Of a stretch of 64,000 nt of DNA, positions 33,497-42,837 are shown piece by piece. Each line of letters starts with the position of its first letter. Within the stretch, counting starts at the first letter, position 1. This DNA is from Cyanophyceae cyanobacterium. GTDB taxonomy: Bacteria; Cyanobacteriota; Cyanobacteriia; Cyanobacteriales; JBHJGN01. The stretch lies in the NCBI GenBank assembly GCA_050331735.1, contig JBHJGN010000015.1:42400-106399 (forward strand), read 5' to 3'. The notes beneath the pieces were generated by a model. That model saw only the letters and a list, made by a program, of their open reading frames with translations. It was not told the origin of the DNA and searched no databases. The translations under genes and the position numbers were made by a program.

Positions 33497-33573
33497 ATAA
33501 TCACTCCCTTTCCCCCTGCCCCTTTGTCCTTTTCCCGCCGCGAAAGCGGCTTCCCTTGCCGTCCTGGAGGGAC
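33363..33573. repeat. Mini-hairpin/GGGGAAA composite element
   Basis: Four forward units, AAGAACACAAG spacer, inverted arm; overlaps the Rieske gene 3' end. Confidence 0.85.
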
Positions 33574-33581
33574 TTTTGTTG

Positions 33582-34100
33582 ATGACAACCTTAGAAGTGC
33601 GCTGGTTTTGTTCTGGAACTGTCCCTCAAGAGGTAGTAGCCTGGTTTGAGAGCAGCATCGGGACACCTCATCCGCCAGAGGAAAGAACGGATTTGTATTT
33701 CTCTCTTGGGGCTGAGCGCCTTAACGTTAAACAGCGACAGAATCGCTTAGAACTCAAATGGCGACAGGAACAGTTGGAATGGCGGTTTAGCGATCGCCTT
33801 CAAGGTTACCTTGAACGGTGGCAGAAATGGAGTCTTCTGCCAGCAATTCCGCAGATTCTTTTACCGGGATGGGTCGAAGTGGAGAAGCGGCGATCGCAGC
33901 GTCAGCATCGAGGATTGTCCTATGAACTGACTCACTTAACTCTTAAAGGGGGTCTTTGGTGGAGTTTGGCGGTTGAGTCGCCAGACCGAGACGAGATTGA
34001 ATTTGAGCAGCTTGTTCAGCAGATTTTTCAGCACTATCCAGGACCACACCTCACTTCTCAGGAATCTTTTGCCTATCCTCGGTGGATTTCTCGCCGATAG
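33582..34100 (+). CDS. Hypothetical protein, CYTH-like
   Basis: TLEVRWF, ERTDLY, VKQRQNRLELKWR, EKRR, ELT, AYPRW. Confidence 0.6.
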   Translation: MTTLEVRWFCSGTVPQEVVAWFESSIGTPHPPEERTDLYFSLGAERLNVKQRQNRLELKWRQEQLEWRFSDRLQGYLERWQKWSLLPAIPQILLPGWVEVEKRRSQRQHRGLSYELTHLTLKGGLWWSLAVESPDRDEIEFEQLVQQIFQHYPGPHLTSQESFAYPRWISRR

Positions 34101-34219
34101 GGGCGGTTCTCCTCCCTAGTGACAGATTGACAAATATTTAGTATTGTTAAGTTAGCTTAAAACTCTGTCGATTTAGGGACGAGAACAAACTTGAAAACCT
34201 AACTAAAGTTAGTTGCCTC

Positions 34220-34912
34220 ATGAGTTTCTTCAATTCCACAGAACCGATTTTCCGCCGCAAGCAAGAAGCCCTCGATTTCCAGGATTTACAGGGGCTGCTC
34301 CGGCTCCAAATTAGAATCAAAAATAGAACGCTGTTTCGGGTGCTCTATACTCGCATCGATCAGGTGTTTGTGCTTTGGGGACTCATCTCAGCCACGATTT
34401 TTATAACGGCTCAGTTCGCGCCGATTAGCTGGGTGGCCCAGGCAATTTTCTGGTCTGTGCTAACCGTTTTCGGGACTGCCGCGATGGTGGTGCTCACTCA
34501 CTTCTGGGTAAGAGTGGAGCGTCTGCGCTGGGTATTATACGGTTGGGTCTTGTTAATGCTAGGAGGAACAGCACTCACCGATTTAGGGATTTTTCTGGGG
34601 TGGGGACAGGTGTTGATGCATCTCTGTCATCTGTGGCTAGGCGTGAGCGCTGCTGGCTACTTCTGCACTGGGTTCGGCTTACGTTCCCGCGCCTTCACTC
34701 TCTCTGGATTGGTTCACCTGTTCGGTATAGCGCTCTTACCCTCTGTTGGAGGCTGGCAGTTTTTAACCACTGGCTTGGTCATGGCTGCTAATCTGCTCGT
34801 TTTCGCCGAAACCCAGTGGGATATGCGTCCACCTATTGAGGAGTATAGTGTCTTAAGCAAGGAGCAAAAGCAGTTTAATCGTCAGCAATATCAGTTTCGG
34901 CAAGCCTCATAA
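34220..34912 (+). CDS. Conserved cyanobacterial membrane protein
   Basis: 230 aa; YTRIDQVF then ~6 TM helices, QWDMRPPI. Confidence 0.7.
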   Translation: MSFFNSTEPIFRRKQEALDFQDLQGLLRLQIRIKNRTLFRVLYTRIDQVFVLWGLISATIFITAQFAPISWVAQAIFWSVLTVFGTAAMVVLTHFWVRVERLRWVLYGWVLLMLGGTALTDLGIFLGWGQVLMHLCHLWLGVSAAGYFCTGFGLRSRAFTLSGLVHLFGIALLPSVGGWQFLTTGLVMAANLLVFAETQWDMRPPIEEYSVLSKEQKQFNRQQYQFRQAS

Positions 34913-35045
34913 GCGCCGCAGGCGCGGGGGAGATCGCTCCGCGACGGGAAACGGAGAAGGGGTAAGGGGGAAAGGGGAAAAATCTCGGGCTATAGAAAAA
35001 GCTCAATAATGACTCCTTTGCCCCCTTCCCCGTCCCGCATCGGAC
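34913..35045. repeat. Mini-hairpin/GGGGAAA composite element
   Basis: GCGCC-GCA-GGCGC, TCGC-TCC-GCGA, G-tracts, then C-tract and hairpin. Confidence 0.8.
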
Positions 35046-35068
35046 TATCCTTCCTGGAGAGACGTTCA

Positions 35069-35788
35069 CTAAATCAATTTAACCAGGACTCCTGGTTCTT
35101 TTTGAATCGGCAACACGTCCAGAGTATTGGTTCCGGCACAGTATGCTAAATCTTTATGGCCATCTAAGCGCAGCAGGCGCTGACCGTGACTAGCCTGCCG
35201 GAACATTTCTAAGAGATTTTTCTGCCATTGCGAGTAAAGCGCGATCGCCGCTACGACTTCATCGTTTCCGATTGTCACCTGGGACTGGATGGCTTGAGCG
35301 ATCGCTCCGGCGCAGGCAGTGTCTTCGAGAGAGTAGCCTCCCTGCCAGCCTGAACCAAGAAGCCACACTGTTTCAGGCTGGTGTTCTGTGAGATAGTTGA
35401 CAGCCGTTTGAACGTTCACCTGAGCCGCTGTAATCACAATAGGCGCTTTTTCGACTCGTTGGAGGGCGCGAGTTCCGTTGGTCGTACTCAAAAACAAGCG
35501 CTTACCCTGCACCACCTCTGGAGTGCAGTCTAGCGGAGAATTGCCCAGATCGCAGCCCTCTACTTTCGCCCCGCCTCTTTCTCCGGCTCGCAGTCGCTTC
35601 TGGGGCGACCAGGATTCGCTACTCTGCATGAGTTGGTCAATATCGCTGAAGGCTTGCACGGCTTCGGCCCCAGCGTGTAGTGCTGTAGCGATTGTTGTGG
35701 TGGCTCTAAGCACATCGATGACGACAGCACACTGGGGCAGGCTATCGGGAGGAGTAGATTCGGGAGTATGATAAACGAAAAGCTTCAC
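35069..35788 (-). CDS. comB: 2-phosphosulfolactate phosphatase family protein
   Basis: [40 protein letters not shown] start. Confidence 0.9.
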   Translation of the reverse strand: MKLFVYHTPESTPPDSLPQCAVVIDVLRATTTIATALHAGAEAVQAFSDIDQLMQSSESWSPQKRLRAGERGGAKVEGCDLGNSPLDCTPEVVQGKRLFLSTTNGTRALQRVEKAPIVITAAQVNVQTAVNYLTEHQPETVWLLGSGWQGGYSLEDTACAGAIAQAIQSQVTIGNDEVVAAIALYSQWQKNLLEMFRQASHGQRLLRLDGHKDLAYCAGTNTLDVLPIQKEPGVLVKLI

Positions 35789-35909
35789 AAAAAAATGTTG
35801 GTAGCGGTCAACCTATTATGCCATTTCAGGGATCTGTGCAGAGCGAATAAATTTGCCGCGATACAAACCAAGTCAGTCTTCACGGGTTACAAAAGTTAAA
35901 GGCTTAAGC

Positions 35910-35955
35910 AACCTGCGGAGGCTGGTTTTAGCTTGATAGCAGCGGTTTTAACCGC
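35910..35955. repeat. REP-like double-hairpin element
   Basis: AACCTGCGGAGGCTGGTT-TTAGCTTGATAGCA-GCGGTTTTAACCGC; second hairpin is the reverse complement of GCGGTTAAAACCGC at 5687-5700. Confidence 0.45.
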
Positions 35956-36016
35956 CGCCATGCTTGACCCAAACTAGGTGAGAGTTAAGCCTGAACAGCG
36001 ATCGCTAGCAGCACTG

Positions 36017-36709
36017 TTAGTGATGCTGTCGTGAGTCGGTTCGATGACTTAGGCTGTCAAAACGCAGCTCGATTTCCTGCTTTAGCGCCGCTAGTGTATC
36101 TGCTAGAGTATCTTCATAAATGCTGAAAAACAGCCCGAAGCTAGGAGTCGAACCTGGCTCAACCGTTACCCGGTGCGTAATCAAAACCTGCTGGGGAGGC
36201 GCACTGGCCTGGGGAGAAACAGGCTCAATCTGCCAGACTCCCGTGAGTGAACCAAGATCTCCTTCAACTAGGTTGAAGTCGATTTGCTCAAGATAGGTTT
36301 CTGTGGCAGCAATGCGAACGCGAGTTTTTTTACTGAAAATGAAAGCCTGGACTGAATTGACCTGTTCAAAGACTTTACGATTTCCGTTGGCCTCTAGAAG
36401 CTGGCTGTCTACAACATTCGGGAAAAAGTTCTCAAAGTTATCGTAATCGGTCAGTACTGCCCACGTTATCTCCAGCGGTGCTGTCACTAGAACTCGACCC
36501 GTATATTGTCCCTGTTGACCGACAATCACAACTTGCCCATTGCGCAGCGCTACCCGTTCCTCTACAGGTAATCGATCGACCGGACCATCAAACAATTGTG
36601 CGGATACCCCTCCCGTTGTGAGGGTGGTGATCGCAAGGAGACTCCCAGCAAGATAACGCCAGCGAAAATGGGGAACCAGTCTTCCTCGGTTTGGAGTGAG
36701 TTTCGGCAT
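36017..36709 (-). CDS. SRPBCC / polyketide cyclase-dehydrase family protein with N-terminal signal or TM segment
   Basis: WAVLTDYDNFENFFPNVVDS, FNLVEGDL, GVWQIEP. Confidence 0.85.
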   Translation of the reverse strand: MPKLTPNRGRLVPHFRWRYLAGSLLAITTLTTGGVSAQLFDGPVDRLPVEERVALRNGQVVIVGQQGQYTGRVLVTAPLEITWAVLTDYDNFENFFPNVVDSQLLEANGNRKVFEQVNSVQAFIFSKKTRVRIAATETYLEQIDFNLVEGDLGSLTGVWQIEPVSPQASAPPQQVLITHRVTVEPGSTPSFGLFFSIYEDTLADTLAALKQEIELRFDSLSHRTDSRQHH

Positions 36710-36711
36710 GT

Positions 36712-39171
36712 TTAATCAATCCAGTAGCGCTGTCGCTGAAACGGATACGTTGGCAAAACCACTTTCTGGCGAGCATAGTCTCGGTCGAAGGCGACCCAAT
36801 CGATGGTCGCGCCCTGAACGTAAAGCTGAGCTAGACTCTCCAAAATTTGTTCCCACCCTAATTGCGGATACTCGCTAACGGTGAAGATTTCTGGTTTCTG
36901 GCTAGGCGAAGTGAACTTGCTTTCCAAGAGCCGAAAGCGAGTATCATTGATTTCGGCTATTTCTGCTGCTCCGCCATCCGCCTCAGACTGTGCAACCGCA
37001 ATTAGCAATGGTTGCAATAGGCAGCATTGGCGTAACAGTTGCCGGTCGATAGCTGCTAATACAGGTAACTGCAACCCCGACTCAGATGTGGCTCCCTTTA
37101 GCTCGGCTTTAGTACGGCTAGTAGCAAATTGGCTTGGGAGTTTGGTTTCGTGAAGCGATCCTCCCAGAGCACTAACGGATGTGAGCTGCTGCCGTTCCCG
37201 GTCAACAGCGAGCCTCAAACCGTCTTCTAAGCTAATCACTCCCGCAACGCAGGCAGCAACAATCTCTCCTACTCCTGCTCCGGTGACGACAGCAGGCGAC
37301 ACTCCCCACGATATCCATAGTTGAGCGAGGGAGTATTGGAGCGCCAAGGCGGCAGCGTCAGGAAGCCGATGAGCAGGGGCAGACAGCCGCTCTAGCAGGG
37401 GTTGATCGAAATCCCTACTGAGGAGGGCAGCGCAGCGGTCGAGGGGAGCGCGAAGAGGCTGATGGGAGAGGAGATTCGGAGTGCAGACCGGACACTCTTC
37501 TGGAAAGATAAAAGCAATCTGGGGGAGTGTCCGGTTGACTCGTCCTTGGAAAAGGTCGGCAGTTTGTCCTGGGCGATCGCTAGCCAGCCTGGTTTGCAGT
37601 TCAGCCGCAGTAGCAGCGCTCGCGGCTAAACGATGGTTAAAGTGCGATCGCCCCGTATTAGCACTAAAGCACATATCGGCCACAGCAACGTTAGGGTGAC
37701 GCTCTAAAAATCGACAATACCGTTGCCTTAACTCCGACAGTGCTTGCTCACTACGAGCCGAAAGCGCCAGCAAATGGGCCGGACGCTCACAGCTTTCCTC
37801 AGCTTTCTCTCTTAACGGTGCCTCCGCCACCACTACATGAGCATTGGTCCCGCTAAAGCCAAAGGCACTGACTCCGGCCACTCTCTGCGCCTGCTGCCAG
37901 GAAACGAGTTCTGTTGGGATGGTCAATGCTAGCTCATGCCAATCCACGCGCGGGTTTGGCTTGTGAAAATGAAGATTGGGCGGAATTTCCTGATGCTTGA
38001 GCGCGAGCACCACTTTAATCAGTCCGGCAATCCCAGCCGCCGCTTCTAAATGGCCGATGTTGGTTTTGACCGAGCCGACGATGAGCGGTGACTCGCGCTC
38101 CTGAAAAACGCTTCCTAAAGCGCCCAGTTCGATGGGATCTCCCAGCGGTGTTCCCGTTCCGTGAGCTTCAATATAGCTGACCTGAGCCGGAGCCATCCGG
38201 CCCGCCTTCAACGCTTGCTGAATAACGGCTTGCTGAGAGGGACCATTCGGCGAGGTCAGTCCACTGGTGCGACCGTCTTGATTCGTCGCCGAACCGCAAA
38301 TGAGAGCTAAGATATTATCCCCCTCGGCAACAGCATCGCTCAAACGCTTGAGCACAACCACCCCACCTCCTTCCGCGCGGACAAACCCATCCGCCTCGGC
38401 ATCAAACGACCGACAGCGACCGTGGCGAGACAGCATTCGTGCTTTGGAAAAATTGATGCTCACTTCTGGGGTCAGCAGGCGGTTGACTCCTCCTGCTAGC
38501 GCCAGATGACATTCTTGATGCCGCAAACTCTGGCAAGCGAGATGCACTGCTACAAGAGAAGAAGAACAGGCGGTATCAACCGAAAGGCTCGGTCCAGTAA
38601 AGCCGAACAGGTAAGACAAGCGCCCTGACGCGGTGCTATGGGTGTTGCCCGTCGTCAGATAGGCATCAATCTCGGTAGCGGTTCTCCTCAGCAAGCGTTG
38701 CCAGTAGTCGATGCCGCAGATGCCGACAAACACCCCCGTTAAACTGCCCTCAAGCTTCTCTGGTGCTATACCGGAGTATTCTAAAGCCTCCCAGCTAACT
38801 TCCAACAGCAGGCGCTGTTGAGGGTCTAAACTCAAAGCCTCGCGAGGAGCAATGCGAAAAAACTGAGCATCGAACTCCTGGTGATGGGGAACAAACCCGC
38901 CATGACGGGTACACATTTTTCCGGGCGTGTCTGGATTAGGATCGTAGTACGCCTCACCATCCCAACGGTCTGGCGGCACTTCCGTAACCGCATTAACTCC
39001 CTGTTGCAGCAGTTGCCAGAACTCTTCTGGACTATCAGCTCCCCCCGGAAAGCGGCATCCCATCCCAATAATGGCAATTGGTTCGTGCTTTGCCTGCTCC
39101 AGCGCTTCCAGCTTCGTTTGGAGTTGCTTAAGCGCCAGCAAAGCTCGTTTAGTGGGAGAAAGTTCACTCAT
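36712..39171 (-). CDS. Stand-alone type I PKS ketosynthase with degenerate acyltransferase
   Basis: Docking helix, EPIAIIGMGCRFPG, DPQQRLLLE, DTACSSS, HGTGT, NIGHLE; AT GHSxG replaced by GAGVG; ends LPTYPFQRQRYWID. Confidence 0.88.
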   Translation of the reverse strand: MSELSPTKRALLALKQLQTKLEALEQAKHEPIAIIGMGCRFPGGADSPEEFWQLLQQGVNAVTEVPPDRWDGEAYYDPNPDTPGKMCTRHGGFVPHHQEFDAQFFRIAPREALSLDPQQRLLLEVSWEALEYSGIAPEKLEGSLTGVFVGICGIDYWQRLLRRTATEIDAYLTTGNTHSTASGRLSYLFGFTGPSLSVDTACSSSLVAVHLACQSLRHQECHLALAGGVNRLLTPEVSINFSKARMLSRHGRCRSFDAEADGFVRAEGGGVVVLKRLSDAVAEGDNILALICGSATNQDGRTSGLTSPNGPSQQAVIQQALKAGRMAPAQVSYIEAHGTGTPLGDPIELGALGSVFQERESPLIVGSVKTNIGHLEAAAGIAGLIKVVLALKHQEIPPNLHFHKPNPRVDWHELALTIPTELVSWQQAQRVAGVSAFGFSGTNAHVVVAEAPLREKAEESCERPAHLLALSARSEQALSELRQRYCRFLERHPNVAVADMCFSANTGRSHFNHRLAASAATAAELQTRLASDRPGQTADLFQGRVNRTLPQIAFIFPEECPVCTPNLLSHQPLRAPLDRCAALLSRDFDQPLLERLSAPAHRLPDAAALALQYSLAQLWISWGVSPAVVTGAGVGEIVAACVAGVISLEDGLRLAVDRERQQLTSVSALGGSLHETKLPSQFATSRTKAELKGATSESGLQLPVLAAIDRQLLRQCCLLQPLLIAVAQSEADGGAAEIAEINDTRFRLLESKFTSPSQKPEIFTVSEYPQLGWEQILESLAQLYVQGATIDWVAFDRDYARQKVVLPTYPFQRQRYWID

Positions 39172-39177
39172 AGGGAA

Positions 39178-39450
39178 GCGCCTTCGGCGCGGGGAAGGGG
39201 GAAAGGGCAAAGGGGAAGGGGGAAAGGGACGCTTTAAAAAATATATAGCAGTCCTCACTCATTTGTGAAACAGGACGAGCGTTTCCCTCGCTTTATTTTC
39301 AATGCTGAAAGGAATGACATAACGATACAAGATACTGTCAGAATTTCCCCAAAACTGCTGTACATCCCTTTACCCCTTCCCCGTTCCCCCTTCCCCGTCC
39401 CCGGCGGGGACATTTTCTCCCTTCCCCGTCCCGGAGGGACTCTTCCCCTT
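39178..39450. repeat. Mini-hairpin/GGGGAAA arms (forward 39178-39230, inverted 39370-39450)
   Basis: GCGCC-TTC-GGCGC plus G-tracts; C-tracts with GTCCCC-GGC-GGGGAC and GTCCC-GGA-GGGAC. Confidence 0.8.
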
Positions 39451-40680
39451 CTTTGCCGTAATGATGGTGACGGGATTCAGCGGAGAAAACCGGGTAAGAG
39501 GACCGATGGGGACAGAACGGGAAATTTGAAGCTGCAATAGACGAGTCTGCCAAGCGCGATCGCTCAGCCATTGCCAGCTAGTATTGAGATGTTCTAGGGT
39601 GGCTAGCGCCAAAACAACCGTACCATCGGCGGCTAAGACGTGCTCGCAAGCGGTTAAAATTTCCGGTAGCTGTCCGCCGCTACCGCCAATGAAAATTCGG
39701 TCGGGAACTGGCAACTTGGTCAAAATATCAGGGGCGGTTCCGGCAACCACCGTGACGTTGGCAACGTTGAGGCGCTGACAGTTTTGCTCAATCAGCGTAA
39801 TCCCTGTGGCGGTTTTTTCAATGGCGTAGACGTGGGAACGAGGACACAGTCGAGCAATTTCCACCGAGACTGACCCCGTCCCGGCACCAATATCCCAAAC
39901 CACCTGTCCCGGCTGGAGGGCTAACTCTCCGAGCACCACGAGGCGAATTTCCCGCTTCGTCATTAGTCCGGGGCGATCGCTGAAGCTGAGAAAGGAGGCA
40001 TCTGGCAATCCTAACAGGGGGAGAGACTGAAGGGCTGTCTCGTCAGATGCGGTTTGCTCTAAAATAACAACGTTTAAAGGGTCAAACGGTGCTGTAGAGG
40101 CTAGATGATGGGCTTCAGCGGCAGAGAACTGGTAAATTTGTTCGTCGTCTGCGCCTAATTTCTCACACACCCAGAAATCGTAGCGCGTTGGTAAATCTAA
40201 AGCAAGAGTGAGCTGAGCGATCGCCCTCGGATTATTCACTGCATCGGTGAGGATAGCGATCTTTTTCACTCCCTGCTGGAGTAGACGAGTCAATTCCTCC
40301 ACAGAACGTCCGTGAACGCTGACAATCTGAGCATCCTGCCAGGGCCTTTTAATGCGGCTAAAGGCTAGCTGGACTGAACTCACGTGAGGATGAAAACGGA
40401 GCTGCTGGGGCGGTAATTTTTCGAGCAGTAGCCGTCCTAAGCCAAAAAAAAGCGGATCGCCACTGACTAAAATTACCGTCGTTTCTTGGTCTGCAAGCTG
40501 AGCAAGTTTCTCGATGACGCTGTAGATATTGCCGAGAACGAGTCGCTGTGCAGCATGGTGGGGAAAGTAGCTTAAGTGGCGATCGCTTCCTACTAAGAGA
40601 GTGGCCTGGGCCACAATGGTCCTGGTCGTCTCTGATAGTCCGGCTGCACCCTCCAAACCAATGCCGACAACGTCTATCAT
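39370..40680 (-). CDS. cbiET: Bifunctional precorrin-6Y C5,15-methyltransferase (decarboxylating), CbiE/CbiT
   Basis: VVGIG, VSGDPLFFGLG, SSVQLAF, MTKREIR, WDIGAGTGSVS, IFIGGSGG; repeat-derived tail. Confidence 0.93.
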   Translation of the reverse strand: MIDVVGIGLEGAAGLSETTRTIVAQATLLVGSDRHLSYFPHHAAQRLVLGNIYSVIEKLAQLADQETTVILVSGDPLFFGLGRLLLEKLPPQQLRFHPHVSSVQLAFSRIKRPWQDAQIVSVHGRSVEELTRLLQQGVKKIAILTDAVNNPRAIAQLTLALDLPTRYDFWVCEKLGADDEQIYQFSAAEAHHLASTAPFDPLNVVILEQTASDETALQSLPLLGLPDASFLSFSDRPGLMTKREIRLVVLGELALQPGQVVWDIGAGTGSVSVEIARLCPRSHVYAIEKTATGITLIEQNCQRLNVANVTVVAGTAPDILTKLPVPDRIFIGGSGGQLPEILTACEHVLAADGTVVLALATLEHLNTSWQWLSDRAWQTRLLQLQISRSVPIGPLTRFSPLNPVTIITAKKGKSPSGTGKGENVPAGDGEGGTGKG

Positions 40681-40771
40681 GGCAAAAACAACACCTTGCA
40701 ACCTCAATTTACATTTTACAAATCGAGAGGACTGCTCACTCCTCTACCGCCTCCTGTCCCGTGCGGATGTG

Positions 40772-40922
40772 ATACCAATTAGAAAAAGTCATGAGAGACT
40801 TGATCCGTTGGGGAAAAGGGGAAAGGGTAAGGGGGAAAGGTAAACACAGCAAGCCTTTCCCTTTTAAGAGCCAACTCTTTGTTAGTTTGGGGAACTCTCC
40901 AACTACTTTTGATAAACGGTAT
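40772..40922 (+). mobile_element. MITE copy 2
   Basis: ATACCAATTAGAAAAAGT...AAACGGTAT; homologous to 26755 and 47892 copies; expanded G-tract. Confidence 0.75.
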
Positions 40923-41110
40923 TACTCAAAGCAGGAGCCGGAAGGGCTGCTGGCTGATTTATGAGCGATTCAACGGCCCTTTTGGGCAGCCTGTCTGGCG
41001 ATTGGTCTGGTGCAGCTTAGCATTCTCTAAGAGTCTGAGCAACCCTCCTGGGCTGCGGTGAAATTTCATCCCCCACTACAATGACTCCTCATCTGTTGAG
41101 CGCTACTGGA

Positions 41111-41782
41111 CTACCGATTGAACCGATTAATGATAATCACTGGCTCTCCCTCTTGATGATCTAACGAAGGGTATGCCGGTGTATGAGAAGGGGGATATAC
41201 AGGAGCCGGATAGCTCGGGGGATAGGCTGGGGCTAGATAACCGGGCGAAGCGGACGGATAGATAGGAGCGGAATAGGCCGGAGGATAGGCTGGGGGGGGA
41301 TAACTGGGTGCATAGTAGGCCGGGGGATAGGCTGGGGGGGGATAACTAGGTGCATAGTAGGCCGGGGGATAACCCGGAGTCGAGTATCCTGGCTGCGGAT
41401 ATCTGTAGCGAAGTTCAGAGTTTACGTAGTCAAACTCCTCACTGTAGGTATACTCGCTCTCCTCGCTATCGTAGTCATCCTCTTCGTAGAACTCGTTGCT
41501 GAATTCATCGTAATCATCGTCTTCGTAGAATTCATCATCGTAATAGCTCTCTTCGTAGAATTCATCGTCGTAGTCGTTCTCTTCGTAGAATTCGTCGTCG
41601 TCGAGATCTTCAAACAAACTCCGCACGGCTCCCTCAAGAGCATATTTTCCCATCCGTTCGAGAAGGGGAAGCAGCTCTAGCGCTTCGCTTGGCTGAGAAG
41701 TGAAGGCAACAAGTCCAGCCGCTAAAGCTAAACTGACTTTAATTCTTTGGCCTCGCCCTGATTTTTTTTCTACTCTGTTCAT
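41111..41782 (-). CDS. Putative secreted low-complexity protein (acidic D/E/Y repeats plus Pro/Tyr repeats)
   Basis: Signal-like SLALAAGLVAFTSQPSEA; (DDEFYEExxY)n; (PAYYAPSYPPPAYP)2. Confidence 0.65.
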   Translation of the reverse strand: MNRVEKKSGRGQRIKVSLALAAGLVAFTSQPSEALELLPLLERMGKYALEGAVRSLFEDLDDDEFYEENDYDDEFYEESYYDDEFYEDDDYDEFSNEFYEEDDYDSEESEYTYSEEFDYVNSELRYRYPQPGYSTPGYPPAYYAPSYPPPAYPPAYYAPSYPPPAYPPAYSAPIYPSASPGYLAPAYPPSYPAPVYPPSHTPAYPSLDHQEGEPVIIINRFNR

Positions 41783-42075
41783 TGTTCAATAGTTAAAAAA
41801 TTGCTCGTGCGCCAAAAACCGCCACCACTTTCATCACGGCAGAATAAGATATACTCTTTTGACGTGGGTCTGACGAACCAAACCCAGACTCAAGATAAGA
41901 GCAAATGTTCCGAGGCAACTACGGTAAATCTACCGAACTTTCCTCTTGACGATGAATCGCGTTCCTGGCGATCGCGCGCAATTAACTAATTCACTTCTGA
42001 AGAGAACGACGCGACAGAGTAGCAGGCGACTCAAGCCCTACCAGGCAAGCATCGATAGAACGTGCCAGCAAGTCA

Positions 42076-42837
42076 CTAGGGTTGAGCCACTTCAACGCTG
42101 CCGACCATCTCTGAACGAGGAACTTCTAGGCTGACTCCTTTCGATTGGAGGAGATGATGCCAATCTTCTTGTAAAGCAGCATCTTCGGGATAGGTCAGGC
42201 GAAGATTAGCGAGATGCATCAAGGCGTCATACCAAATTCCTCGAGCGGCGTAGGTCACATCCTGCCGAGGAGTTGCTGCTGCTAATTCGCTTTGCATTGA
42301 GGGGTCTAAGGCTATACGCTGCACCCAACCGTGAACAAAAATGGGGCTAGAATTTCTCTGCGGGTCGCAATAAACTTTGAAATACCACTGATACCACCTG
42401 CCCATTTCTAGAGACGCTTCAGACGGCAAGCTGATGCTGACGTACCCTTGCTTGTCCGGCACTGTAAATGCCGTGCGATAAACATCATTGCGTTCCTCGT
42501 CCTGAAGAACAAATTCGCCTACGGGGACTTGTTGACGAGAGTAGGGGAGATAGAACCAAAAGGTGGGATGTTCTGACACGGTTTTCCCCCAGTGAGAATC
42601 CGGCATGAGAGCCGTCAAGCGAGAATTGAAGGTTGGGCACAAATCTCGGCTATCTCCGGCAGTTTGTCGTCCGGGTCTTCCCGTTCCGCTAAAGTCTACT
42701 CCCCGCTGACTAGCGGCTGACATCAGGGGCAAGAAGCTGCCGGAGTCGCTTTGCGCCCAGACTAGCGATGGGGGGGCGTAGATTGTTAAGGCCCACAGGA
42801 ACAGGTTAAAGGAGAGGAAAGGAAAGACTGTTTTCAT
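42076..42837 (-). CDS. DUF928-domain secreted protein
   Basis: Signal peptide; GRPGRQTAGDSR, LTALMP, TVSEHPTFWFYLPY, YAARGIWYDAL. Confidence 0.88.
   Translation of the reverse strand: MKTVFPFLSFNLFLWALTIYAPPSLVWAQSDSGSFLPLMSAASQRGVDFSGTGRPGRQTAGDSRDLCPTFNSRLTALMPDSHWGKTVSEHPTFWFYLPYSRQQVPVGEFVLQDEERNDVYRTAFTVPDKQGYVSISLPSEASLEMGRWYQWYFKVYCDPQRNSSPIFVHGWVQRIALDPSMQSELAAATPRQDVTYAARGIWYDALMHLANLRLTYPEDAALQEDWHHLLQSKGVSLEVPRSEMVGSVEVAQP

Noticed and set aside
39172..39258. N-terminal extension of the PKS ORF (MRTAIYFLKRPFPPSPLPF..) and of nth (22363-22443)
   Set aside because: Both are read-through of repeat blocks; downstream ATGs (39171, 22362) fit the family N-termini better
40681..41110. 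Cobalamin riboswitch upstream of cbiET
   Set aside because: No recognisable B12-box; region largely occupied by a MITE
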